NCBI GenBank assembly: GCA_020184695.1
Contig: JAANOX010000011.1
Coordinates: forward strand, 124,001 to 188,000
Source of the DNA: Histomonas meleagridis 2922-C6/04-290x
Lineage: Eukaryota; Protista; Parabasalia
Direction of reading: 5' to 3'
Length of the DNA stretch: 64,000 nt
Shown here: in pieces, positions 43,663 through 55,307 of the stretch
How positions within the stretch are numbered: position 1 is the first letter of the stretch
Layout of the letters: every line of letters begins with the position of its first letter
Made by a program: the position numbers and the translations under genes
The notes under the pieces: generated by a model
Seen by the model: the letters and a program-made list of their open reading frames with translations, nothing else
What the model was told of the DNA's origin: nothing
Databases searched by the model: none

Positions 43663-45308
43663 TTAGAAATCAAATATTTTTATGTGACTTTTTGTGAATG
43701 CTTTTAGTAATGCTATATCAAATATTATAAGCTTTTTCTGTATGTTAATTTAAAATTTCATAATTAAAATAAATAAATATCTTCTGTATTTAAATCATTT
43801 CCTTTTTTCTCAAGAATTAGTTTAACTAATTCTGTTTCATTTTTTTCAGAAGCCCAATTCAGTGCTGTTTTAAAAAATTGGAATTATTGCCAAATGTTAT
43901 TATTAAATATTAAAATGATAAAATAAATTTTAAATAAAATGCATTAATTTCTTTAATATTAACATCAATTCCTTCATGTCCAAGAAGTAATTTGGCTATT
44001 TCAGTATTGTTATTTTCAATTGCCCATGAAAGTGCTGTTTTAAATAATATAAATAAGTTCCAAACGTTATTTTAAAATATCAAAATGTTAAAATGAATTT
44101 TATAATAAATGATTAAATATCTTTTTCATTAACATCAATTTCTTCATGTTCAAGAAGTAATTTAACTATTTCTATATAACCATATCTAGATGCTAAAATT
44201 AGTGCTGTGATAAATTCATATAAAATCCATATAAAATATCGAAACTTGAAATGATTAGAAATAATTCGAAATCACATAAAAAAATATTTTTATTATTAAC
44301 ACGAATCTTTTTTTGTTTCAAAAGCATTTTACAGATTTCTGTATGCCCATATCTAGATGCAAGCATAAGTGCAGAGCGAAATAATTTAAATAATTTCCAA
44401 AATTGTTTATGAAATTTTAATATATATAAACAAATATTAAATAAAACAAAGAAGCACTTTTGATATTAAGATTGTTTTTTTTATGTTGAAGAAGTAATTT
44501 AACTATTTCATCATGACCTTTTTCGGACGCCCATAGAAGTAATGTATCAAATAATTTGAATAAATTCCTTATGTAATTATGAAATCTTGTATCACAAGAA
44601 TAAATTTTAAATAAAACAAATATATATTTTTAGCATTAATATCAATATTTTCATATCCAAGAAGTAAACTAACAATTTCTGTATGATCATTTTCAGATGC
44701 CCATATAATTGCTGAAGTAAATATTTTTAACAATTCCCAAAAATTAAATCAAAACATAAAATTATTAAAATAAATTTTAAATAAAACCGATGAATATCTT
44801 TAGCATTAATATCAATATCTTTTTGTTTGAGAAGTAATTTTACTACTTCTATATTACCTTCTTTAGATGCCCATAACAGCGCTGTTCGAAAAAATTGGAT
44901 AAAGTTCCAATTATTATTATGAAATACTTTATTAATAATGTAAATTTCATTTAAGGAAAATAAATATTTTCTTTAGCATTGATATCAATTCCTTCTTGTT
45001 CTAGAAGTAATTTAACTATGTCTATGTTATTTTTGAAAGATGCAACAATAAGTGGAGTCCAAAATTATATAAATAATTCCCATTTTATTTCAAAAAATAG
45101 TAAAACAGAAAAATAAATATTAAATGAAATATATGAATATTTTTACCATTGATGTCAATTCCTTCTTGCTCTAGAAGTAATTTGGCGACTTCTGTATTCC
45201 CTGTTTTTAATTCTAAAATTAGTGCTGTATTAAATAAATTAAATAATTTCCAAATATTATATTGAAATTTTATAAATATAAAAGAAAATTTATATAAAAT
45301 GAATAAAT
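43663..45308 (-). repeat. Locus C array: 10 divergent ankyrin cassettes with spacers
   Basis: Spacer lengths 80,80,80,80,80,80,77,80,80,62; terminal cassette IALLKAFTKSHIKIFDF-TAA ends at 43663. Confidence 0.9.
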
Positions 45309-46562
45309 ATCTCTAGCATTAACATCAATAACTTTTTGATCTAATATATATTTAACAAGTTCAATGTTTGATGATGAAGAAAATGTTAAGATATCACTTG
45401 GGATTTGATTGTTTTGAAGGAAATATTTTACAAGATAAATGTTACCTATTTTAGCTGTTTTATTTATCATTAATTCATTAACTTTAATTCCATTTTCTTC
45501 TAAATATAAAAAAATTTCATAATTACCACAGCTGATGCATAAAAATCCTAAATTATTAATACTTTTTGGGGCTGTATTTCCTTTTGGTGTGAAAGTATTT
45601 GCATTTTCGCAAATTTGTTGATCATTTTCATCCAATTTCTTTTCATAAATGTATTTAAAGATATCATTTCGATGGAATTTGATTGCTGTTTCATAAGAAC
45701 CTTCAAATGATGAATGATTTTGCTCACATAATTGAATTATCTCTTTATTTCCACCAGCAACTGCATATTTTCCTGTATGAGTTACATTTGCGTGATTTAA
45801 TAATAAAAATTTAAAACATTTAACTGAAGAAAAAAATGCTGCATAATCAATTAATGAAACATTGTTTTGATTAATAAATGAACATTTTTCATAAAGTGAT
45901 GGTTCAATATTTTGATTAAAATCGAAATTTTCTTGTGATGATATTTCTTGCAGTTTTTCTATTTCATCGTTTCTAATTATTTTCGCAATTTCATTCGGAT
46001 TAACTCCTTCTTCAATTAATTGCTTATGGAGTTCCCAATCATTCTTTGATAGTTCTTCATAATTTTTTTGGATATAATTATCATATGAAAAACTGTGGTT
46101 TTGTTTAATAAATTCTTTATGCCTGTGTATAAAATAATTAGATTTAATATTATTTACAATATTTTCATCAACCAAATTTAGTTTAATCATCTTTTCAATT
46201 AAATAGTATGATTCTTGTGCTTTAATCATAGAGATATAGTCGCTAAACATTTGAACAATATTTACATTATTATTAAATTCTTCTTCTTTTGTTTGAATTT
46301 TTTCTAAATAATTTAAATATAAATCACTTAAATAATTATGTGAATAAAATCCATTATAAATTAAATTATTAATAACCAAATTATATGAGTATGGATGATT
46401 TAAATCAAATAAATTGATCGTTTGCTCAATTGATAATTCAAGGTTTTCTTCGCTTAAATCAAATATGATTTGTTCAAGTTTAGTAAGAAATAAGATATCA
46501 ACAGATTGGGGTTTATGATAACTCCCATTAACATCCTTATTATTTATAGAATCATTCGACAT
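45309..46562 (-). CDS. DUF3447-ankyrin locus C: uninterrupted N-terminal part
   Basis: Same DUF3447-type motifs as locus B; runs to DVNARD then into the first 80-nt spacer. Confidence 0.85.
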
Positions 46563-46740
46563 TTTACTTCTAAAGTTGGACCTGGTTTACCGAATCAATG
46601 GTTTATAAATGTAAACCAATGAAATTTTAATGAAGAAAAACTTTATTTCATTAAAATGAATTTTTACTTACACAGTGACTTCAAACCAAAAAACATAAAT
46701 ATCCGTAATAAACAATATTTTAGTAACATATTCAAATAAT

Positions 46741-48150
46741 TTATTCTATTTCAGTTGAGATGTTAGTTATATTCGGATCTATTTCCGTTGCCTTTAAGTC
46801 CGATCCCAAACTTTCTTCTGTTCTATTTATTTCGTTGTTTTCATTTTCTATTTCTATTGCCGCGTAAGAAAATCCGGGAAAATTTGCAGATGATTGTTCC
46901 ACTGCAGAAGCAATTGAATCTGCTGCAGGCTCTTCTGTAAACTCCGAATCGAAATTACTCGGTATCTTGTCTTTAACATCCGGTATGAATGGTGGCTTAA
47001 TTTTCTTTTCCATGACATCATTAAAATTTAATCCCTTCCAAAACGGATGATTTTTAAGTTGTGACAACCCATATCTCTTTTTAGGATCCTTTGTCAATAA
47101 TTTATTAATAAAATCAATGACATTAGGGTCTGTATCAGAAGGATATTGAGGGTCATTATTCGTAATCGCTTGAAACATCCGCGAGCGGTTACGGTTAAAA
47201 AACGGGGTGGCCCCAAAAAGTATTTCATAAGTTAATATCCCTAAAGCCCACCAATCAATCATATACGAGTAGTGCTCTCGCTTTATTATCTCGGGAGCAA
47301 TGTATTCAGTCGTGCCGCAAAAAGATGAGGTCACTTCAAGATAACTGAGATCTTTTGAGAGGCCAAAGTCGGTTATTTTGATGTGCCCGTCAGCGCCTAA
47401 GAGAATGTTCTCCGTTTTAAGGTCACGGTAGATGACTCCAATACTGTGGAGATAATCAAGGGCAAGTGCTATTTCGGCTACATATAAAATGGATGAGTGA
47501 TAACTAAGTTTTCCATTTTCGCGGATGTATCGAAATAATTCACCGCCTGGAACATATTCCATAACCAGATAAAATTTGGTGTCGGTTTGAAAGGCATATT
47601 TAAGTTGAACAATAAAGGGATTGTTGGCTTTGACAAGAATGTTCCGTTCATTTAATACTGTATGAACTTTGCGACTGGAAATAAGTCGTGATTTATGAAT
47701 CGTTTTGATTGCATAGAGTTCTCCATTGGATTTAAGTTCAACAAGCATAACTTTCCCATAGAAACCGCGACCAATAACTGATATTATGTTGAAATAATCC
47801 ATACTTATTTTGACATGATTTTGAAAAGTAGCTGAACGTAACGCAACAACCCAAGCCATAACTTCGTCAGGAGTTTCTGCTGCAAGGCAAACATCACTTT
47901 CTCCTTCATTTGATATAACAAAACGAGGGATTTTTTCGTTTTCATAAACGTGAATTACTGTTGTTGGTTTAATTTCTATTTTTAGTTCTGGCTTTGGTGA
48001 CTTTTGATTTTTTTTAATTAAAAAAACTTTATTATTTAATTCACCGTAACATGATTGATACATTCCGAAAAAGAACCCCTTCCGCTTAAGAGGACCACTA
48101 AAAGAATCTGATGAAACGACATCGTTTCCCGATGATGAATTATTAAACAT
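46741..48150 (-). CDS. AGC kinase, RAC/PKB(Akt)-like with N-terminal PH domain
   Basis: IGRGFYGKV, YAIK, YRDLKTEN, DFG, CGTTEYIAPE and AGC tail NFPGFSY; PH-like N-terminus. Confidence 0.92.
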   Translation of the reverse strand: MFNNSSSGNDVVSSDSFSGPLKRKGFFFGMYQSCYGELNNKVFLIKKNQKSPKPELKIEIKPTTVIHVYENEKIPRFVISNEGESDVCLAAETPDEVMAWVVALRSATFQNHVKISMDYFNIISVIGRGFYGKVMLVELKSNGELYAIKTIHKSRLISSRKVHTVLNERNILVKANNPFIVQLKYAFQTDTKFYLVMEYVPGGELFRYIRENGKLSYHSSILYVAEIALALDYLHSIGVIYRDLKTENILLGADGHIKITDFGLSKDLSYLEVTSSFCGTTEYIAPEIIKREHYSYMIDWWALGILTYEILFGATPFFNRNRSRMFQAITNNDPQYPSDTDPNVIDFINKLLTKDPKKRYGLSQLKNHPFWKGLNFNDVMEKKIKPPFIPDVKDKIPSNFDSEFTEEPAADSIASAVEQSSANFPGFSYAAIEIENENNEINRTEESLGSDLKATEIDPNITNISTEIE

Positions 48151-48689
48151 GAATTCAACAGAATTAGACTATGACATGTTATGTAAAAAACAGAAAACAC
48201 TTCAACCTTCCGGCATTCATAAAAAAAATGCTATAAATACGAAATACCAAATATGTGTTTATTTAAAAAGGAAACAATGTATAATAGTTTATAAGAAATA
48301 CGTATTATTTTACATTAACAATTTCTTAATCAAGTAATTCAAAAGCAATTGAAATTTATTAAACAATAATAAACAACAAGACAAACTTGGTTATAGACTT
48401 TTATTATTAAGAAACATTTTTTTAATTACAGATTTTTTATAATTGTTAGATTTAATTTTTATCGTTAATATGTAATGACTTTACTTGAATAGTCATATAT
48501 TTTACGTTGTGTATATGATCAATCTTTGTTCTAGCATTTTTTGTGGATGAAAAACACAATCACATAAATTGTATTTAAATGTAAAATTTTTGTGTTAAAA
48601 ATGTTCGTCGAACAATTGGCCGGTTCTTTTAATTTTTCAATTTTTGAATTGCTTTGTTATCGTGTGTTTTTTTAAAAATTTTTTTTGCA

Positions 48690-50126
48690 ATGTCTTCAAT
48701 GGATACCAATATGCAGGAATATGAAATGGTGTCAGAAAGTGTTGAAATGGCTCGGTTTGAAAAGCGAACACCTTTTGTTACTTTAATGATCCAATCTATT
48801 GGACCGTTAATGTATAACATTGGAAATGCACTCCATGATGTTGTTGATTTACTTATTTTAACAAAAGCTTTTGGCCAAGATTATATACAGATTCCAACTT
48901 TTTCATCCATTGTTAGATTTTTAATCAGATGTTTTTCTGTTTATTTTTCTAACGCTGCTTCTGCTAAAATCCCAAGTCTTATTGGAGCCAGAAGACATAA
49001 AGAAGCAGAACAAGTTATTACTGATCTTTTCCGTCTTACATTAATATTTTTAATTATCATTCCAATTCTCTTTTTATTCATTTCCAAGCCACTTCTTAAG
49101 TTTATGGGTTGTTCAGATTCCATAGCCGACAAATCATTTCAATATCTTTTACCTGTAATTATATGTGGACCTTTTACAGGCTTTTATCAAATGGGCTGTG
49201 GTTTTCTGCAAAGTGAAGGCCTATCCATTACCAATGGTGCCATGCAACTTTTTGCCTTTATTCTTAATTGTTGTTTCTTTTCACCAATATTATTTTTCTT
49301 AATCAAAGTTGATTCCTCATTTTCAGGTCTTCCCTTTGCACTTTCACAAGTTGTGCCCAGTATTGTACTCTTTATACTCATATATCGCGGTAAATTCAGT
49401 CTCAAGCCAACACTTCGCTCATGGAGAAACGGTTTTTCCAAGGAAACGTTTGATGCTCTCAAACTTTCGTCACCGTTTATTTTAAACGTTCTCGCGGGCA
49501 CCATTCCTCCAATTTTACTAATGAACTATTTAATGAAAGCTGCTAATGCTATAGGTGTCCCAGCTGAAGCAGCATCAGGTTTTTCATTATTTTTGAAGAT
49601 CCAAACATTTGTTAATTCCTTTTCATTAGGAATTAATCAAGCATTACTTACAACAGGTCGATATTCATATGGATCAAATAACTTAAGACGACTTCTTAAG
49701 TTATTTGTAAGTTCCATATTAGTATCGTTAACAATAGTTTTAGCATTCATGCCGCCATTATATGCGAAGACAGATAAAATTGTGTCGATTTGGATCTCTG
49801 ATGAAATGCCGCAAAGTTATCATGAATACGCAATTAAAATGTTACGGATTCCATTCTACACGAACTTCGTTTATGCTGTGAATGACGCAATAACAAGTTT
49901 GGTGCTGTCTGCCAATTTCCCAGTGCTGGGAATGATTCCTTCGATAGTGAGAGCGATTGTGTTGTTGGCGTCTTCTTTGTTGTTGTACTATACAAACCAA
50001 AAGGACCCGGTGAGGATGATGTTCACATTTTGCATAAGCGATGGCGCTGTGTTGTTGACTGATTTGTTGATTCTTATTAAGCCGATGATGAAAATTAGAA
50101 GAGAAATTAGAGAATATTTGATGTAA
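48690..50126 (+). CDS. MATE family multidrug efflux transporter
   Basis: About 12 TMs in two halves; PSLIGARRHKEAEQ and GFLQSEG...NGAMQ motifs. Confidence 0.8.
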   Translation: MSSMDTNMQEYEMVSESVEMARFEKRTPFVTLMIQSIGPLMYNIGNALHDVVDLLILTKAFGQDYIQIPTFSSIVRFLIRCFSVYFSNAASAKIPSLIGARRHKEAEQVITDLFRLTLIFLIIIPILFLFISKPLLKFMGCSDSIADKSFQYLLPVIICGPFTGFYQMGCGFLQSEGLSITNGAMQLFAFILNCCFFSPILFFLIKVDSSFSGLPFALSQVVPSIVLFILIYRGKFSLKPTLRSWRNGFSKETFDALKLSSPFILNVLAGTIPPILLMNYLMKAANAIGVPAEAASGFSLFLKIQTFVNSFSLGINQALLTTGRYSYGSNNLRRLLKLFVSSILVSLTIVLAFMPPLYAKTDKIVSIWISDEMPQSYHEYAIKMLRIPFYTNFVYAVNDAITSLVLSANFPVLGMIPSIVRAIVLLASSLLLYYTNQKDPVRMMFTFCISDGAVLLTDLLILIKPMMKIRREIREYLM

Positions 50127-50257
50127 ATAAAGTGTTATATAAATTAATTTTCCTGTTAAAGTAGAATTGCTTTGTGATCTTGATAAGGAAAATGTAATTT
50201 GTTTCAAGTTGAAAAAATGTGTTTTGCGAGTTTTTGGTTGATTCTATAGCAAAATAT

Positions 50258-50620
50258 CCTGAAGACATATTAGTTTACTCATCAGAATCATTTAATATTG
50301 AACTCGTTTAATATATCTTAAGGCAGAAAGGAATTGATATTAATGCAATTTCTAATATTTTGTTATTAAAAAATATTATTTGAAAATTATTAAATCCATT
50401 TATAACAGCACTTATGCTTGCATCTTATCATGGTTATATAGAAACAGCTAAACTACTTCTTGAACAAGAAGGTATTGATATTAATGCTAAATATACTATT
50501 TAAATATATATATACTAATTTTAATAATTTATTATTTGGATTTTAAAATACTTTTTAAAAATTATTTGAATTATATAAAAAAGCAATTAATTTAGCATCT
50601 ATGAATGATTATGAAATCTT
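50258..50620 (+). pseudogene. DUF3447-ankyrin relic D (last N-terminal repeat plus two cassettes)
   Basis: PEDILVYSSESFNIELV*YILRQKGIDINA, a shortened spacer, intact TALMLASYHGYIETAKLLLEQEGIDINAKY (50405-50494), an ~85-nt spacer and a decayed cassette. Confidence 0.75.
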
Positions 50621-50857
50621 TTTTTTGTTTTATATATCAAAATGTATACAAAAAAAATCATCATATCTTAACATAAATTTATCATTATTTATTTTGATAC
50701 TATTATTTAACTATGCTTTTAATATTGCATATAATTCCAAACTAATAGCAGATCCATAAGAGAGGGACATTGATTGACATTGTTCTTCAAGAAATTGTTT
50801 TTTGCATTTTTCCCAATTATATAGTTTACATATTCCGATACAGAGAGCGCAAGCTGA

Positions 50858-51934
50858 ATGATCCTATTTTTTGGGATAATTGGATTTGTTTCATCTATAA
50901 ATATAACCATTGCTTCACTTACACTTCACGACTCAAAATCATTTTCACCACTAATGTCTAACTTACATCTTAAAATAATCAATTCTCAATTTTCACGTTT
51001 TTTCTCACATTTATTTTATAGCAATCGAGCAACTAACTTAAATTTACATTCAACAATTTGTTCCTTTTTTACCAAACCAGTTATTTTTGTATTAGAAGAT
51101 AAAGAATATCATAATGAAGTTTTTAATCGTAAAAAATCCAATCTCAATGGAGGTAGCATAAGCATCGAAGAGGCTTCTAATATAACCATTGATACATGCG
51201 TATTTTCACAAAATTATGCTCAATATTATGGAGGAGCCATTTCAATTGTTTCTTTATCAGCTAATTGCATAATTACTAACTCATCTTTTTATGCAAACAC
51301 AGCGTCACAAGGTGGTTCCATATATTGTAATATCAAATCCGGGAAATTAATAATCAACGAATCAGATTTTGAATCAAATTCTGCCATTTCATCCAGTGAT
51401 ATATTATCTATAGTTGATACACTATCTTTTAACACCTGCATTTTCAAGAATAGTCATGGTTGTGACATGACAATTAATTCATTATTTGGAAATTGTACCA
51501 TTTATAATTGTTCATTTTTTAACAACAGCGGTTCAATATATTTCTCTGATGATACTCAAAACGTATCAATTGAAAGCTCTTGTTTTTCGATGTATAATAA
51601 TAAAACATTTTTTGTATATTTCGAAACAAATGAAATGAAACAAAACATGCGAAAAATTTCGAACTGTTGTTTTAATGCGACAAAAGAAAATTCTTTGCAT
51701 GGAGAAGTAAATCTTGAAAATAATGTTTTCGGTGATTGCGAAAGTTGTTATTTTGTTCCTTTTGTTCCAACACAATCGCCAACACTTTCGCCAAAAGAAC
51801 AGCAGAAGCGTTCAATGATTGTTTACATTATAATTTGCGTTTTCTTGTTGTTGGCTATTTTGAGTGCTGTGTTACTAATGAAGAAACATTCGAACGAAAA
51901 TGAATATGTTCATATGGATCCGATAAGTGCTTAA
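50858..51934 (+). CDS. Pmp-like/right-handed beta-helix type I membrane protein
   Basis: Signal peptide, NGGSISI/YGGAISI/QGGSIYC repeats, PTQSPT stalk, TM and short tail; same family as 27361-28575. Confidence 0.7.
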   Translation: MILFFGIIGFVSSINITIASLTLHDSKSFSPLMSNLHLKIINSQFSRFFSHLFYSNRATNLNLHSTICSFFTKPVIFVLEDKEYHNEVFNRKKSNLNGGSISIEEASNITIDTCVFSQNYAQYYGGAISIVSLSANCIITNSSFYANTASQGGSIYCNIKSGKLIINESDFESNSAISSSDILSIVDTLSFNTCIFKNSHGCDMTINSLFGNCTIYNCSFFNNSGSIYFSDDTQNVSIESSCFSMYNNKTFFVYFETNEMKQNMRKISNCCFNATKENSLHGEVNLENNVFGDCESCYFVPFVPTQSPTLSPKEQQKRSMIVYIIICVFLLLAILSAVLLMKKHSNENEYVHMDPISA

Positions 51935-52472
51935 AATAAATGTTTGTTGATTTGTTTTATTCGTAATTAAATATTGTTGTAATAAATTATTTTTTTTTTT
52001 TCATTTTTACTTTTGATATGTTTGTTTTTTGTCATAAGTAAATTAATGATTTAATGTAAATCATTAAACTAAGATATTAAAAATATAAATATATATTCAT
52101 ATAAAGAAGAAAAAAATGTGTTTTATGTGCACAAATGAAATATATAATGCTCTTTCCATATCCTATAACAAAGTTACCACCATTTTTAATACAAAGTTCA
52201 AAAAACTTTCCTGCAATTTTGGATTGAATTCTTTTAGTTGATCCTTACAAAGACTAAATATATCAACATCATATGCTTCATTTGAATTAATATTAATAGA
52301 GAATACTTTACCTGTTTCTGGAATAACTTCATTAGGATTATGCTTATAAACTGTAATACGACTAACCAATTGGTTAAACATATTGTTAAGAAATAATTTC
52401 ATTTTAAATCAAGAATTCTTGTACTTATTATAAATATGATAAATGAAATTTCATAAAATTGAAGATAAATAT

Positions 52473-53306
52473 TTATTGATGTTTTATAACAGATACACTT
52501 GGAACATCTTCAACATAAAAATCGTCGTCATCATCATCGTCATCATAATCGATAAAATCATCCTCGATCGTACTTTGCGATTCAACTTCGCTATTTTCAT
52601 TAGCAAATGGTGCGCCGTCAAAAGCGTCCATTGCTTCGATGTTAAGGTTAACAACGCCTCTCAAAAAAGCTTTTTTCAATCTGTCCTGCATCTGATTAAA
52701 ATTCTCTTGGCTTTTCTGGAGTTCTGATTTGGCTGTAGCAAGCTCGGCTTCGAGATCTTGGATGATTTGGAGTGATTCTTCTTCTTTTGTTTTCAGAATG
52801 GAAGAATATCTTTTTCGAATTCGGGACTCAAGACGACGTAACCGCTTTTTATGCATAAGCCGATTCCAGCGGCGAAAAAAAAGACGTTCTATTGCCCTTT
52901 CGATGTAAATAGAATGGAATGCTTCATACAATACTTCCTTATCTGTGCCCATCTGTACCCACGTATTAAAGTATCGGGATCTCGTATTGCCATCTCGAAG
53001 TTTTTGATGAAGCTTTGAACACATTTCTATTAAATTATTCAAAATTGCTTGTTTCCTGACTAAAATTTGCATTTTTTCACCTGCACCTGAATGCATTTCA
53101 TCAAAGTGATTTTTTTCATCCTCTAATTCTTTTTTTAGTTTCTCAATTTTATTTGTAAATAAATCATTTTGTTCATTTTGTAAATTTTGAAGATTGTTTT
53201 CCAAAAATTCACAAAGATCTGATTTTAACTTTTCGAAGTGAGCTTCAATAAATTCGTGGAGTTGAGGATCAAAATCGTGGAGCTGAGAATTGTCTTCTTG
53301 CTCCAT
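52473..53306 (-). CDS. POC5: POC5-like centriolar protein
   Basis: Coiled coil with LKKAFLRGVVNLNIEAMDAF, matching the POC5 signature KKAFMRGVCALNLEAM. Confidence 0.8.
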   Translation of the reverse strand: MEQEDNSQLHDFDPQLHEFIEAHFEKLKSDLCEFLENNLQNLQNEQNDLFTNKIEKLKKELEDEKNHFDEMHSGAGEKMQILVRKQAILNNLIEMCSKLHQKLRDGNTRSRYFNTWVQMGTDKEVLYEAFHSIYIERAIERLFFRRWNRLMHKKRLRRLESRIRKRYSSILKTKEEESLQIIQDLEAELATAKSELQKSQENFNQMQDRLKKAFLRGVVNLNIEAMDAFDGAPFANENSEVESQSTIEDDFIDYDDDDDDDDFYVEDVPSVSVIKHQ

Positions 53307-53629
53307 TTGTGGTAATTACTTAACGTATTTTTGGGAATGTTGGCAAATAAGAACAACGCAATGAAGTAATTTTTAGTAAAAGCATATTCTTGCTCTTTAA
53401 AATCTTGGTGCTAAAAAGATTTTCTCCTAATTGATTATTCATACGTATGAATTTGATACAAAATTATTTAAATTGTGTTATTGTATGAAAGTTATTTAGT
53501 TCAAACTTTAAAATTAGCTTAAGTACTTCAACTAAATTATTATGAGTGACTCTATCTCTATCCCTAATTTTGCCTTTAAATGTTGTGTTTTTTTCAAGAA
53601 ATGTTATGTAAAAATTGATCGTTAGTCAG

Positions 53630-54568
53630 ATGTTCTTTCTTATTTTTCTCCCATTTCTTTTTGCATCAGAAAAGAATGTTGAACTCCCTTTTGATGACCA
53701 AGAACCAGAGAATACAACACAAGAGGGCGATCCAAATGAGGTACCACCGAAAATAAAAAGATTTAATTATTTACCAATTTCAACCATATTCAAAATACGT
53801 GAAATTATAATGATTATAATTGTATTAATTTTTATATCATTTTATATATATGGCAGAAAGTCAATTCAAAATATCCAAAAACGTGCATTAGAAACCATAA
53901 TTTCTTCATTCAAAGAATATTATGCTGTAATTCCTCAACGATTTGTTAGTTACAGCAATCATAGATTTGATGCTTATGTCACAGGTCGTACATCTCATCT
54001 TGGATGTTTAATAACATTTAATATCACTAAACGTTGTGATCCAATAGGGTTTGTATATGATAAGCTTCTTAAAAGGAACTCAACAGTATCATTCGAATTT
54101 CTTATATCACCAAATCAAAAAGTTCCACTTTTACTTCATATTTCATCCAAATCGCCCAAATTTGCCGAGTGCCTTAAGCTCAAAAGGTATGACATGATAA
54201 ATACCAACCTTATTTGTCTTTATGATCTCCCTGAATCACTTGATGAATTTCTACCGATGATTGAAGAATTCATAAAAACGCGTCCAAACGTCCTCAGACT
54301 GGTCGAGATAAGCGATGCAAATCGTTTTGACCTTAAGAATGAGTGCAGATTTGTTGTGAAACTCGAATTTAACATCGACAAAAACGAAGAAATCGTTTTC
54401 AGCGACGAAATCATTAAATTCGGTGTTTCGCTTGCAGACAAATTGGTGCTGTTTGAGGTGCCGCAGGAAGCTTTGAGTAAAATGGAAAATATGAGAAAGG
54501 AAATTGTGATGGAAGCAAGAACAGAATTCGGAATACCTGAACCAAAAAAGAAAACAAAAACAGAATGA
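53630..54568 (+). CDS. CCDC47: CCDC47/PAT-complex subunit (DUF1682)-like protein
   Basis: Signal peptide, acidic stretch, one TM followed by YGRKSIQN, and AYVTGRTSHLGCLITFNITKRCDP. Confidence 0.65.
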   Translation: MFFLIFLPFLFASEKNVELPFDDQEPENTTQEGDPNEVPPKIKRFNYLPISTIFKIREIIMIIIVLIFISFYIYGRKSIQNIQKRALETIISSFKEYYAVIPQRFVSYSNHRFDAYVTGRTSHLGCLITFNITKRCDPIGFVYDKLLKRNSTVSFEFLISPNQKVPLLLHISSKSPKFAECLKLKRYDMINTNLICLYDLPESLDEFLPMIEEFIKTRPNVLRLVEISDANRFDLKNECRFVVKLEFNIDKNEEIVFSDEIIKFGVSLADKLVLFEVPQEALSKMENMRKEIVMEARTEFGIPEPKKKTKTE

Positions 54569-55007
54569 AATAAATGATAAATAAATATAACTTATGAACG
54601 ATCAAAATTTGTTGGTTTTATTAAATGTTATTATGTGAAATTAAAATAATATTAAAATGTCCAAAAGGAAAATGATTAAAACAAAGCATTTTAATATTTA
54701 TATAGTAATATTTCACATTTGAATCCACTCATAGTTATGTAGCATCAAATGTTATTTATGACGATTACACTGTGATATATTTTTCGCCTTGTCAAATGAA
54801 TTGTTGATTTATATAATATGCGGTACTATTGTGATAGTTTTGAAAATTATCGGAATTTTAATATTTATGTTAAAGAGAAATAAGAATCAACGAAAATTAA
54901 ATCGTTGTTAAACATAAATAATAACTCATCATCAGATATGGGAGGAAATCACCAAGATGTGAACAATGAATTTAACAAATTGATGACTGAAAATGATAAC
55001 CGATGGA

Positions 55008-55150
55008 TTTGATATTTCAAAATAATATTTGGAAATTCTTCAAATTATTTCAAACAGCACTTATGATCGCATCTTATTATGGTAAGACCGAAATAGTTAA
55101 ACTATTTCTTAAACAAAAAGAAATTGATATAAATACTAAAAATATTTCTT
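55008..55150 (+). repeat. Orphan ankyrin cassette with a half spacer upstream and a spacer stub downstream
   Basis: ...atttcaaaataatatttggaaat...tttcaa followed by TALMIASYYGKTEIVKLFLKQKEIDINTKN (55054-55143). Confidence 0.8.
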
Positions 55151-55307
55151 TATTTAGTTCAATGTTTGATTTAATATAAATAAATAAACGGTTTTACCGA
55201 TACCCATCTATACTTTTGGCACATGCGTTTAGCAATTTCATTGAATGTTAACCTCCGTTGTAATGCATAGAAATTTTTTTGTTCTCATAAACTTCAGTTA
55301 TAAACAA

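Noticed and set aside
52163-52402. 79-aa ORF (also 57809-58015 and 422-715)
   Set aside because: Short, no recognisable domain; not enough support to call.
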